Assembly: GCA_030612835.1 (NCBI GenBank)
Contig: JAUWND010000001.1
Location: 1 to 52,145, forward strand
Direction: 5' to 3'
Source: Candidatus Methanophagales archaeon
GTDB taxonomy: Archaea; Halobacteriota; Syntropharchaeia; Alkanophagales; Methanospirareceae
DNA: 52,145 nucleotides
The first letter of the stretch is position 1; every line of letters starts with the position of its first letter. A model generated the notes under the pieces. It was not told the origin of the DNA. It saw only the letters and a program-made list of their open reading frames with translations, and did no database searches. Shown here one piece after another: positions 1-7,973 of this stretch. A program made the translations under genes and the position numbers.

Positions 1-210
1 CTCAATCCGATTATTGTCGGTTGGGGCAACTATTTCAAGATAGCAAACGTCAATTGGCTCTACAAGGGACTTGATAGTTGGACAAGAATGAGGTTGAGAG
101 CATTTAAAGAGAAGAAGAAGAGTTATCTCAGTAACACTCGTATAAGGAACGATTTTCTGAAAAATCTGGGCTTGAAATCGTTATCTACGCTCTTGAACCC
201 TGAGTGGTAA
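1..210 (+). CDS. Group II intron-encoded reverse transcriptase/maturase, C-terminal end only (5' part off-window)
   Basis: Frame 1 reads LNPIIVGWGNYFKIANVNWLYKGLDSWTRMRLRAF...LLNPEW, with TAA at 208-210. The GWxNYF block is the maturase (X/GIIM) signature. A textbook intron domain V follows 34 nt downstream. Confidence 0.85.
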   Translation, partial: LNPIIVGWGNYFKIANVNWLYKGLDSWTRMRLRAFKEKKKSYLSNTRIRNDFLKNLGLKSLSTLLNPEW

Positions 211-243
211 TCTCACTCCTTGCAATGGGGCAACGCCAAAGGA

Positions 244-276
244 GAGCCGTATACGGGAAATCCGTACGTACGGTTC
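244..276 (+). ncRNA. Group II intron catalytic domain V
   Basis: GAGCCGTATACGGGAAATCCGTACGTACGGTTC. It has the same lower stem and AGC triad as the classical DV consensus GAGCCGUAU...ACGUACGGUUC, with a bulged hairpin and an A-rich loop. Confidence 0.85.
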
Positions 277-329
277 GATGAGGGGACGGAGGTCGTAAGA
301 CCTCCTCCTACTCTACTTGTAAAGTATAT

Positions 330-419
330 AAAAAATTTCCGGTGCTGCGAAGCAGCATCACCTTGGCGTAATACCCTGTGGTCTTGCCACAGGGATAGCC
401 AAGGTGAAGGAAATTTTTT
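330..419. terminator. Compound hairpin (outer 11-bp stem enclosing two hairpins) followed by a T6 run on either strand; possible bidirectional terminator or structured RNA
   Basis: Outer stem AAAAAATTTCC 330-340 pairs with GGAAATTTTTT 409-419. The inner hairpin is 341-359. A long interrupted hairpin pairs CACCTTGGC 359-367 with GCCAAGGTG 398-406 and CCCTGTGG 374-381 with CCACAGGG 387-394. It lies 22 nt past the stop of the minus-strand ATPase gene. Confidence 0.4.
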
Positions 420-440
420 ATTGAGGATAAAGCGTCTGGA

Positions 441-1796
441 CTAAAAGTCATCAAAATCAAATACAATAAAGCCTTCTTTTCTGAGTGTCTCTTTACCCGT
501 GATCTTTTTTGCAATTAAGCCAAAATGCTCTTTGCGTTTGTTGGTATTCCAGTCAACATATCCACTCTTCGTTCTCAGTTCCGCAAGGATGTCCAAAGCG
601 TCCTTAAACTTCAGGGTACGGTATTTGCATTCAAAGAATCCGATCTCTTTGCTTTCTTCGTCCAGGGTAACAATATCTATCTCATACTGATTCCTACCTT
701 TTTCATGTTTTGGGATTGCACCCCACTGACCACCGATTTTCGGGATTCGGCAGGGCAAAGAGTCCCGCTTTTCAATTAAAAATTCGCGACAGACCTTTTC
801 AAATACGTGTCCGAGATAGCGATTATACACGGCCTTAATTTCAGTAGCAGAAAAAATCGCCTCTTCTATAAATGTGATGTTCGGATTAATGAACCGGAAC
901 CAGAAATTGACGAAATTATCCTGGATATAATACCTGCTTCTTCTTGACTTCACATTATCTATCAATGGCGTCTTCCTTTCTACAAGCTCCACATCAATCA
1001 GGTTTCTAAGATATGGGCTTATATCAGTGCCTTTAGCGCCGATATAATCTCTAATTTCACCTAATTTCGTGTGGCCAGAAGCAATAGCACCCAATATCTT
1101 CTTATAGGTCTTCACATCACTAAACTCATATCTCATGAGGAAATCAATCTCCGATTTCAGAAAGGTGTCTACCTTCTTCAGCTCATCATCCAGCCATTCC
1201 CAGAAAGGATAATTTATCTTCGTAAGATAGTAGGGGATGCCATCAGAAAAACCGTATATTTCTATACGTTCTTCTGTTGTAGAACCCGGAAAAAAGTCGG
1301 TCAATTCCGCGAATTTCATAGCGCTCAATTTCAACTGCCCCGTTTTTCTGCCATACAAGGGTGCGTGATAGCTCAGAACTTGGCTTTCCATCATGGATAT
1401 GGACGAGCCAAGTAGTATTAATTTCGTCTTTGTATTTGCAAGAAGGACATCCACAATCCTCTGGAGTTCGGAAACAACTTTCGGGTTCTCTTTTATCAGG
1501 TTTGGAAACTCATCAATAATTATTATCTTGTCTTTCAAGAAATTGAATATGGCTTCCAGATCCGCCTCCACATATTTTATTCGGGGTTCCACCCGAGAAG
1601 CAACGTCTTTGAGCTTTTTGAGATTGTTCTCTTCGGTTGCAAGATAATAGATAAAATCTTTTCCTTTTACACTGGCAAGTGCAAGAGTTGTCTTTCCTAT
1701 TCTTCTTCGTCCGTAAATGACATATAAATCCAAATCGGGCCCGTTTAATTTCGCTTTGATTGCATCTAACTCTTTTTGCCTGTTTATGAATTTCAT
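441..1796 (-). CDS. AAA-type ATP-binding protein (archaeal ATPase family with DUF234-like C-terminus)
   Basis: 451-aa ORF with Walker A GRRRIGKTTL and Walker B IIIIDEF. The overall layout is typical of Arch_ATPase + DUF234 proteins. GGGGTGA lies just upstream of the ATG. Confidence 0.75.
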   Translation of the reverse strand: MKFINRQKELDAIKAKLNGPDLDLYVIYGRRRIGKTTLALASVKGKDFIYYLATEENNLKKLKDVASRVEPRIKYVEADLEAIFNFLKDKIIIIDEFPNLIKENPKVVSELQRIVDVLLANTKTKLILLGSSISMMESQVLSYHAPLYGRKTGQLKLSAMKFAELTDFFPGSTTEERIEIYGFSDGIPYYLTKINYPFWEWLDDELKKVDTFLKSEIDFLMRYEFSDVKTYKKILGAIASGHTKLGEIRDYIGAKGTDISPYLRNLIDVELVERKTPLIDNVKSRRSRYYIQDNFVNFWFRFINPNITFIEEAIFSATEIKAVYNRYLGHVFEKVCREFLIEKRDSLPCRIPKIGGQWGAIPKHEKGRNQYEIDIVTLDEESKEIGFFECKYRTLKFKDALDILAELRTKSGYVDWNTNKRKEHFGLIAKKITGKETLRKEGFIVFDFDDF

Positions 1797-2035
1797 AGCT
1801 CACCCCTTTTCTATTTTTGTTACTAATATAATAGCTATTATACTAATTTGTGTTATATAAAGTTTTTGGTGTTTATGCCTTTATATTTAAATCAATTTTT
1901 AGATAGTGCCGGTTTAATCCAAAATTTGTTTCTTTGGTCATGCTTTATCAAACCCTATTTTTGCGAAGCAAAAATAACTTATGCTTTTTAAAGTTTATTT
2001 TATAACTGGGTGTAAAAAGGGCATCGAAAACTAGC

Positions 2036-3142
2036 TTAATGTGCATCCGCAATACCAATCGCCGCTTTTAGTTCTGCATCATCATCGTATTCTATATCTA
2101 ATTCATGCAGCACACTCACCCATTCTCTGTTCTTTAACAGCCAGTTGTAGTCATCTCTCAACCGTGAATTCTTCAAAATGCTATATGCAAGATTAACCTC
2201 AGGCGTTCGCTCCTTGTCTCGGTATGCAGCTCGGAGGATATTCTCCGCTTCTCGTTTAGCATCCGGAATCGAAGCGGCATCTATATTCAAAACATTGTAA
2301 AACGTTTTATCTCCTGTATATTTCTCCCAGTCGTCATGCTCATCTTTAATCTTTTCATATCTCTTCAGATCATCAAATCGTTCAAGCAATAGCAAATACA
2401 AATCGTCCTTACCCGTCCATAGCGCTCTCTTATCCTCTATCTCTTCCAATTCGTATTCATCAAGAGCTTCATTTATTATAAAATCGAGCATGTAATCATA
2501 TTCAAACCGCAACTGTGGGTTCTCCAGTATCTTACGAATCTCTAACTCCAGACTGCTCATGCTTTCTATTTCAGCACTTGATTTTACCTCCAGCACTTCC
2601 GTATCCTCATCAAGACCTAAAACATCATAAAAGGTAGGTGCGCCACGATGAAAGAGTTCAAGCCATGCACCTCGTTTTTCTAGTATATATTCCCAAGTAG
2701 CATACTCTTTCTCCTCTTTTAGCCAATCGTCATGATCGTCAATCATTTCACGCTTTATATTCGGTGTTAAACTCTGCGAAATCTTCAGGAAGAGCCGTAA
2801 AACAATATTATAAGTAGAACGCTTTTTCTCTGTACTCAACGCATCGTATGCCCGGTCAATCACTTCAGGTGGATAAACAGAACACTTCTTCTTCTGTTCA
2901 TATGCTTTTTTGAGATCATCCGTGGAAGCATCTTTTGCGACACAAAGGATGCAGTAATAGGTTGGCAGTCCTGATTTTAGGTCCTTTGTCCATTTTGGAT
3001 AAAGCTTCTCAAACCGCTCGATTTTATCATATATCTTATCTAACCGCGAAGGGTCCATGTATCGCGCGGGAACTTTCCAGTAAGGGTCGTCACATGAGTA
3101 GGGTTTCATCCATTCGTCAAATTCCCTCTTCTCCTCACCCAT
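2036..3142 (-). CDS. J-like protein with three degenerate J-domain repeats lacking HPD (not a canonical DnaJ)
   Basis: Three J-like blocks are present: TYYCILCVAKDASTDDLKKAYEQ...YPPEVIDRAYDALSTEKKRSTYN, TFYDVLGLDED...ILENPQLRFEYD, and TFYNVLNID...RTPEVNLAYSILKNSRLRDDYN. There is no HPD tripeptide, no G/F region and no CxxCxGxG zinc finger. The start is 5 nt after the hsp70 stop. Confidence 0.6.
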   Translation of the reverse strand: MGEEKREFDEWMKPYSCDDPYWKVPARYMDPSRLDKIYDKIERFEKLYPKWTKDLKSGLPTYYCILCVAKDASTDDLKKAYEQKKKCSVYPPEVIDRAYDALSTEKKRSTYNIVLRLFLKISQSLTPNIKREMIDDHDDWLKEEKEYATWEYILEKRGAWLELFHRGAPTFYDVLGLDEDTEVLEVKSSAEIESMSSLELEIRKILENPQLRFEYDYMLDFIINEALDEYELEEIEDKRALWTGKDDLYLLLLERFDDLKRYEKIKDEHDDWEKYTGDKTFYNVLNIDAASIPDAKREAENILRAAYRDKERTPEVNLAYSILKNSRLRDDYNWLLKNREWVSVLHELDIEYDDDAELKAAIGIADAH

Positions 3143-3147
3143 TTATC

Positions 3148-4887
3148 CTATTCCTTCGGTCTTAACTCCAGTCCCGAGCCGTCCTTAATACCAATTTCTT
3201 TTACCTGTTGCTTGTCCTGAAGCTCAATATCATTATAAAAAATGCACATTCCCTTAGTTAAAATGCCCTTTCTTCTGAGTTCGCGTTTTACATCCCGAAT
3301 ATGCATCTTTGGATTGAGATAGTAACTGAGGGCATCTTCTGTTTCCACATTCACAACGGTGACCTTTATTGAGTGTATCTTTAGCATTTTATCCATCCAT
3401 CTGTTCTTTTCCTCCTTTGACAGCCTTCCCCTTGCCTCCATTTTTACCGTTCGCTCATTGCCTGAATCATGGTCCTTTGCTGTTACATTTAATATACCAA
3501 ATTCCGCTCCTACCTCGAATGCAACATCAATTTTTGACTCATGCATCGGTTTTGGCTCTATTGAAATAAAGAACTCGCCCAGAAATCCTTTCTCTTCCGG
3601 AGAGATGCTTTCGCCCTGGTAAGCACTTATTTCTACCTCGTCCATAAAGTCCCGTGGATTTGTAAATCCCTTTGTCCTATTGATTGGTATCTTCGTGTTC
3701 CGCGTAATGATCTTTGCGACGGTACCATCATAAGTCAGGACACCAAGCGAGCGAGAGAGGACGTCGCTTATTTCCACCGGTCTTCTTATTTTACCTGATC
3801 TCTCTTTTAGGTCTTCCTTCATGGCGGCAACAGCAGCACCAAGTGCAACTACTTCTATTGGGTTCACATCTCGTACAGGCTCTTTACCAAGAAATTTATG
3901 CACAAACTCCTGCACCGCGGGTATGTATGTGGTTCCACCCACTAAGAGTATATCATCTATGTCTTCCGGAGAAAGCGATGCATCGTCAAGTGCCTGCTCC
4001 ATCGGCTTTTTCGTCCGTGCAATGAAATCGGTGATCAATTCGTTAAATTCATGCCTTGAAAGCTCATAACTAAATGCTATTGGTGCTCCCCTTTTAGTGC
4101 CAGCATAAGGCAAATTGATGGTCGCGCTCTCTTTGCGTGATAGTTCTATCTTCACACGCTCAACTTCTTCCCTTAGCGACTGAAGTACAGTCCGATTCTT
4201 ATCTTTCTTCTTTTTCAAGTCTATTTTATGCTTCTCTTCTATTTTATCAAGCGCGAAATCCACGATCCTTGCATCTATATCATCGCCTCCTAAATGGTTA
4301 TCCCCGCTCGTTGCATCAACATCGAAAAAACCTCCACCAATTGTGAGTATCGAAACATCAAACGTGCCACCGCCGAAGTCATAGACGAGCACTCTTCGCT
4401 CTTCATCCGCACGGAACCCTAAAGCTAATGCGGCTGCCGTTGGTTCGTTTAATATTCCGCGCACGTTTAAGCCCGCAATCTCACCTGCATCCTTAACCGC
4501 CTGCCGCTGCGGGTCCATGAAATATGCGGGCACTGTTATTACAGCATCAGAAAATGAAGTTCCTATTTGCTTCTCCGTGTCTTGAACGAGTTTCTTTATT
4601 ATATGTGCACCTATGTATTCTGGTGGATAAGACTCATTGCCTATTTCTACCCGGTGATCAGTGCCCATATACCTCTTGATTGACTTCACGGTGCGCTCTG
4701 GACTTGCAATTATATTACGCTTTGCTATACTACCCACCGCCACAGTTCCGTCCTCTTTGAAATATACAACCGAAGGCGTCACACGCTCGCCCTCGCCATT
4801 CGCTATTATTGTTGGCTCATCCACCTCTATAAACGCCACCCCTGAATTGGTCGTACCAAAATCAATCCCGATTACCTCTTCTTGCAT
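3148..4887 (-). CDS. Hsp70/DnaK-family ATPase with the helical lid replaced by a C-terminal ubiquitin-like (beta-grasp) domain
   Basis: Hsp70 signatures IGIDFGTTNSGVA, VITVPAYF, NEPTAAALA, VYDFGGGTFDVS and LVGGTTYIP are present. The SBD-beta is recognisable (ITRNTKIP...AYQGE...GILNVTAKD). The ATG at 4887 is preceded by AGGTGATGG; the ORF-track start at 4908 is a GTG. Confidence 0.85.
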   Translation of the reverse strand: MQEEVIGIDFGTTNSGVAFIEVDEPTIIANGEGERVTPSVVYFKEDGTVAVGSIAKRNIIASPERTVKSIKRYMGTDHRVEIGNESYPPEYIGAHIIKKLVQDTEKQIGTSFSDAVITVPAYFMDPQRQAVKDAGEIAGLNVRGILNEPTAAALALGFRADEERRVLVYDFGGGTFDVSILTIGGGFFDVDATSGDNHLGGDDIDARIVDFALDKIEEKHKIDLKKKKDKNRTVLQSLREEVERVKIELSRKESATINLPYAGTKRGAPIAFSYELSRHEFNELITDFIARTKKPMEQALDDASLSPEDIDDILLVGGTTYIPAVQEFVHKFLGKEPVRDVNPIEVVALGAAVAAMKEDLKERSGKIRRPVEISDVLSRSLGVLTYDGTVAKIITRNTKIPINRTKGFTNPRDFMDEVEISAYQGESISPEEKGFLGEFFISIEPKPMHESKIDVAFEVGAEFGILNVTAKDHDSGNERTVKMEARGRLSKEEKNRWMDKMLKIHSIKVTVVNVETEDALSYYLNPKMHIRDVKRELRRKGILTKGMCIFYNDIELQDKQQVKEIGIKDGSGLELRPKE

Positions 4888-4898
4888 TCTACCATCAC

Positions 4899-5930
4899 CT
4901 ACAAGCACATTCCCATATCTTTCATCTGCAAATCATCCTCTCTTATTTCTTCCTGCCGCTCGGTATTTAACGATTCCTTTGTCCTCTTCAGTTCTTCTAT
5001 CTCTTTCAATAGGTTCTCTTTCTCTTCTAATAGCTCTTTGTAATATCTAGTCAATGCAATGTCCTCAATAACGGTTTTGTCTTTTTTTGTTTCCAGCTCA
5101 GTCAAAGACTCCTGAATGGTGCGTAATTGCCTTTTTAACTCTTTAACTTTGACATTCAAAACTTCTTTGTTCTGTTCCAATTCATGTACCCGCGATTCCT
5201 CAGCCTCTCTTCTTTTTACTGCTTCTTCAATCATCTTCTTTAATTCTTCCTCGCGAGCATCGAGTTCTTTTGCTGATCTCTGAAGCATTTCCTCGTTTTG
5301 GTTCAATTCCCGCTCCCTTATATCCAATTCCTCGAACCTGCGCCTGAACACCCTTGACTCAAAGCCTCTCAAAATTTTCGATAAAATACCTTTAGACTTT
5401 GCTTCCGCTTCTCCTGCTTCACCACCTCTGGAGATAACCACCTCAGCAGGTCTAATTAGCTCACCGTTTAGCGTATACCCCTTCCTCACCAGAGAGAGAA
5501 TGGTCTTATCAGGAAGAAAAGTATTTGACGTGGCTTCAATCGCGGTATGCAATTCGTCATTTAACCTATCGCCGGGTGATGGTGCAATGGGAGTTACACC
5601 TAATGAACTCAGCAATTGGTTATAAGTCATTTCCAGATTATTTCTCGTCCCGTCCAGCATCTTTTCTACAAGTTCAAAGCCGCTATCCTGGTTAGTATTA
5701 TAGCTGTCCATTGCGCGATCGAGCGAATCGGCAACGCTAAGCAGTCGTCTGGCTAATTCACCATGCACTTTGCCACTCACTGCTTCCTCTCGGTCATCAA
5801 CTCTTTTTTTATATCTCGTAAAGTCGGATTTCAGTTTCTGGCATCTCTCTTCTGCGGATTTTATTAATTCTTCTTTTTCTGCCAGTTCCACCTTTGGAAC
5901 CACTACTAATTCATTCTCTTCCATAGGCAT
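4899..5930 (-). CDS. grpE: GrpE-type nucleotide exchange factor with a ~165-aa C-terminal coiled-coil extension
   Basis: GrpE core: RYKKRVDDREE...LLSVADSLDRA...GVTPIAPSPGDRLNDELHTAIE...VRKGYTLNGELIRPAEVVIS. It is followed by an E/K/L-rich heptad-like region running to the C-terminus. Confidence 0.8.
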   Translation of the reverse strand: MPMEENELVVVPKVELAEKEELIKSAEERCQKLKSDFTRYKKRVDDREEAVSGKVHGELARRLLSVADSLDRAMDSYNTNQDSGFELVEKMLDGTRNNLEMTYNQLLSSLGVTPIAPSPGDRLNDELHTAIEATSNTFLPDKTILSLVRKGYTLNGELIRPAEVVISRGGEAGEAEAKSKGILSKILRGFESRVFRRRFEELDIRERELNQNEEMLQRSAKELDAREEELKKMIEEAVKRREAEESRVHELEQNKEVLNVKVKELKRQLRTIQESLTELETKKDKTVIEDIALTRYYKELLEEKENLLKEIEELKRTKESLNTERQEEIREDDLQMKDMGMCL

Positions 5931-6071
5931 TCCGTCTAATTAATAAATAGGGTTTAGTAATAAACTAATTTAACTCTTTTATAATATTATTTTGGTTGAG
6001 TTTAATATACCTTTATAGTGGGCATTTTCTCGGAATCGGACAGTTTGAGATATAAATCAATACACTACTTT

Positions 6072-6102
6072 AAATCTGTGTTAATCAGCGTTAATCTGTG
6101 TC
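6072..6102 (-). repeat. R1 decamer-array repeat copy (GACACAGATTAACGCTGATTAACACAGATTT on the minus strand)
   Basis: It matches 50554-50585 (TTGACACAGATTAACGCAGATTGACACAGATG). Confidence 0.8.
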
Positions 6103-6274
6103 TTAAAAATACTTGGAAAATGATACGGTTCGGGCAAAGTATTATTTGTGCGTTCCCTAACATTCTCTGCGAACTCAGCGGTCTCGGCGGTAAAATGAAT
6201 GTAACATTGTCAAGTTAAAATTTAACCGATGTTTGTGCAGATACGCCTCTTCTAACCGCCATTTACCACCATTG

Positions 6275-6979
6275 TCAAGTCTCATCTACCACCCCAATCC
6301 GCCATTCGGCTTTACCAATTACCCCTTGCAGAGTTTGCAGCTCTTTCGTAGTGAGTTCCGCTCTGCCGAGGATTCTTCGGAGCATGAGCAAAGTCTTCGC
6401 CTTCTTGTGCTCGCGGTAGCCGATCTCATCCAGAAAGGTTTTCAGTTGCATGTATAATCGCTCCCTATCCTCCACACGCGCTAATTCCAGCGTTCCTGAA
6501 GTCACGTCACTCAAATCATAAAGTATAACCGCAACGGCATGCGAGAGGTTCATTACTGGATACTCATGGCTTGTTGGTATGCTCACAACGAGATCACAAA
6601 GCTTCAACTCGTCATTTAACAAGCCTACATCCTCCCTACCAAATAAAATGGATAAGATACCTCTTTTACCTTCAACCTTATCTTTTAGTTCCAGAGGTGA
6701 AAAGAACGGCATTCGGAGGTGTTTATTCGTAGAAGCACCCAGCTTAGCTGTGGTACCCACGACAATAGCAGAGTTCGCAATCGCAACCGGTAAAGACTCA
6801 ACAATTTTGCAGCTCTTAAGCACATCGTAAGCGTGAGCGGCAACCGATAAAGCCTTTATTCCTATATCCGGCGGGTTGAGTAAATAAAGGTCCGAGAATC
6901 CGAAATTCTTCACCACCCGCGCTACAGCACCCACATTCTCTTCACTCTTCGGTTCCACAAGTATTATTCTGACTTCCAT
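6275..6979 (-). CDS. SpoU/TrmH-family RNA 2'-O-methyltransferase (TrmJ/LasT-like)
   Basis: N-terminus VRIILVEPKSEENVGAVARVVKNFGF, then LFGREDVGL and the NLSHAVAVILYDL knot motifs. Confidence 0.75.
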   Translation of the reverse strand: MEVRIILVEPKSEENVGAVARVVKNFGFSDLYLLNPPDIGIKALSVAAHAYDVLKSCKIVESLPVAIANSAIVVGTTAKLGASTNKHLRMPFFSPLELKDKVEGKRGILSILFGREDVGLLNDELKLCDLVVSIPTSHEYPVMNLSHAVAVILYDLSDVTSGTLELARVEDRERLYMQLKTFLDEIGYREHKKAKTLLMLRRILGRAELTTKELQTLQGVIGKAEWRIGVVDET

Positions 6980-7103
6980 AATCCTCTGTTATTTCTATGT
7001 TCCTTCTCTTCTTCACCCTTTTTGCCATTGTACTGATCTATGTAATTGCTCCATAAATATATTGTGGTATAGTATAAATTCTAAGCACTAAATAGGTGCG
7101 AGT

Positions 7104-7931
7104 ATGCGAGAACAGACGGAGCGTGTAGCCCTTAAAATCGGCTATCTTGGGACTAACTATCATGGCTTTCAAATTCAGCCACAGGCAGAACTGCAGACCG
7201 TAGAGGGTGAACTATTCAAAGCGTTAAAGAGATTAGGTGTCCTGGAAGACAGGAAAACGGCGAATTATTCCTACGCTGGCAGGACCGATAAGGGTGTGCA
7301 TGCTCTTGCACAGGTCATTTCCTTTGACACTCCGAACCAGAAGGTGACACCGCGAATGATAAACAGCATGCTTCCGAACGATATATGGGCATTAGCAATC
7401 GCAAAGCCACATGCCGGATTTAACGCACGCAAGGAGGCTATACGTCGTGAATACCGGTATTTCTTGTTCTTACAAACCGAGTTGGACATATCACGCATGC
7501 GAGATGCATCTGAGCTGCTTATTGGAGCACATGATTTCTCTAACTTCTCGCAACGAGATGGCCTGGAAGGTAAGAGTCTCATAAAGGAGATAAAACAGGT
7601 AAATATAGTGAAATTCGATCCGTTTATCATCATAGACATAGCGGCAAGTGGCTTCCTACGTATGATGGTACGGGAAATAGTGTCCGCGTTGAGTATGGTT
7701 GGCAGCGGCAAGAGGGCTAAAAGCTGGATCCAGGACCTATTGGACCTGAAGATAAAGGAGCAGATAGAACCTGCACCGGCTCTTGCTCTCGTTCTAAAAG
7801 ATGTTTCCTATCACGAGCTCGAATTTGTAGTAGATGAATATGCGAAGCGGCGAATAACAGCGAGATTAAAGAAGGATCTGTTTTTTCACGCTACTATGGC
7901 CAAGGTGCTAAGCGATATGATAGATATTTAA
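7104..7931 (+). CDS. truA: tRNA pseudouridine synthase A
   Basis: YLGTNYHGFQIQP and the catalytic motif GRTDKGVHA; 275 aa. Confidence 0.85.
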   Translation: MREQTERVALKIGYLGTNYHGFQIQPQAELQTVEGELFKALKRLGVLEDRKTANYSYAGRTDKGVHALAQVISFDTPNQKVTPRMINSMLPNDIWALAIAKPHAGFNARKEAIRREYRYFLFLQTELDISRMRDASELLIGAHDFSNFSQRDGLEGKSLIKEIKQVNIVKFDPFIIIDIAASGFLRMMVREIVSALSMVGSGKRAKSWIQDLLDLKIKEQIEPAPALALVLKDVSYHELEFVVDEYAKRRITARLKKDLFFHATMAKVLSDMIDI

Positions 7932-7973
7932 ATAGAGACACTTTACATTAGTTCTCATATAGGATAAGATAAG

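Larger units (their letters stand above)
1..316 (+). mobile_element. Group II intron, 3' portion (IEP tail, domain V, domain VI); 3' splice site about 316 +/- 3
   Basis: Maturase tail at 1-210 and domain V at 244-276. Domain VI hairpin GGAGGTC-GTAA-GACCTCC lies at 288-305, with an unpaired A near 310 a few nt before ...CTAC. Confidence 0.8.

Noticed and set aside
268-280. GGTTCGA-like string resembling a tRNA T-loop.
   Set aside because: It is the 3' strand of intron domain V, and there are no acceptor or anticodon arms around it. No other tRNA-like cloverleaf was recognised in the window.
220-444. 74-aa ORF on the plus strand, and 308-514 on the minus strand.
   Set aside because: They run through group II intron domains V/VI and the compound hairpin. 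They have no protein-like features and are explained by RNA or structural elements.
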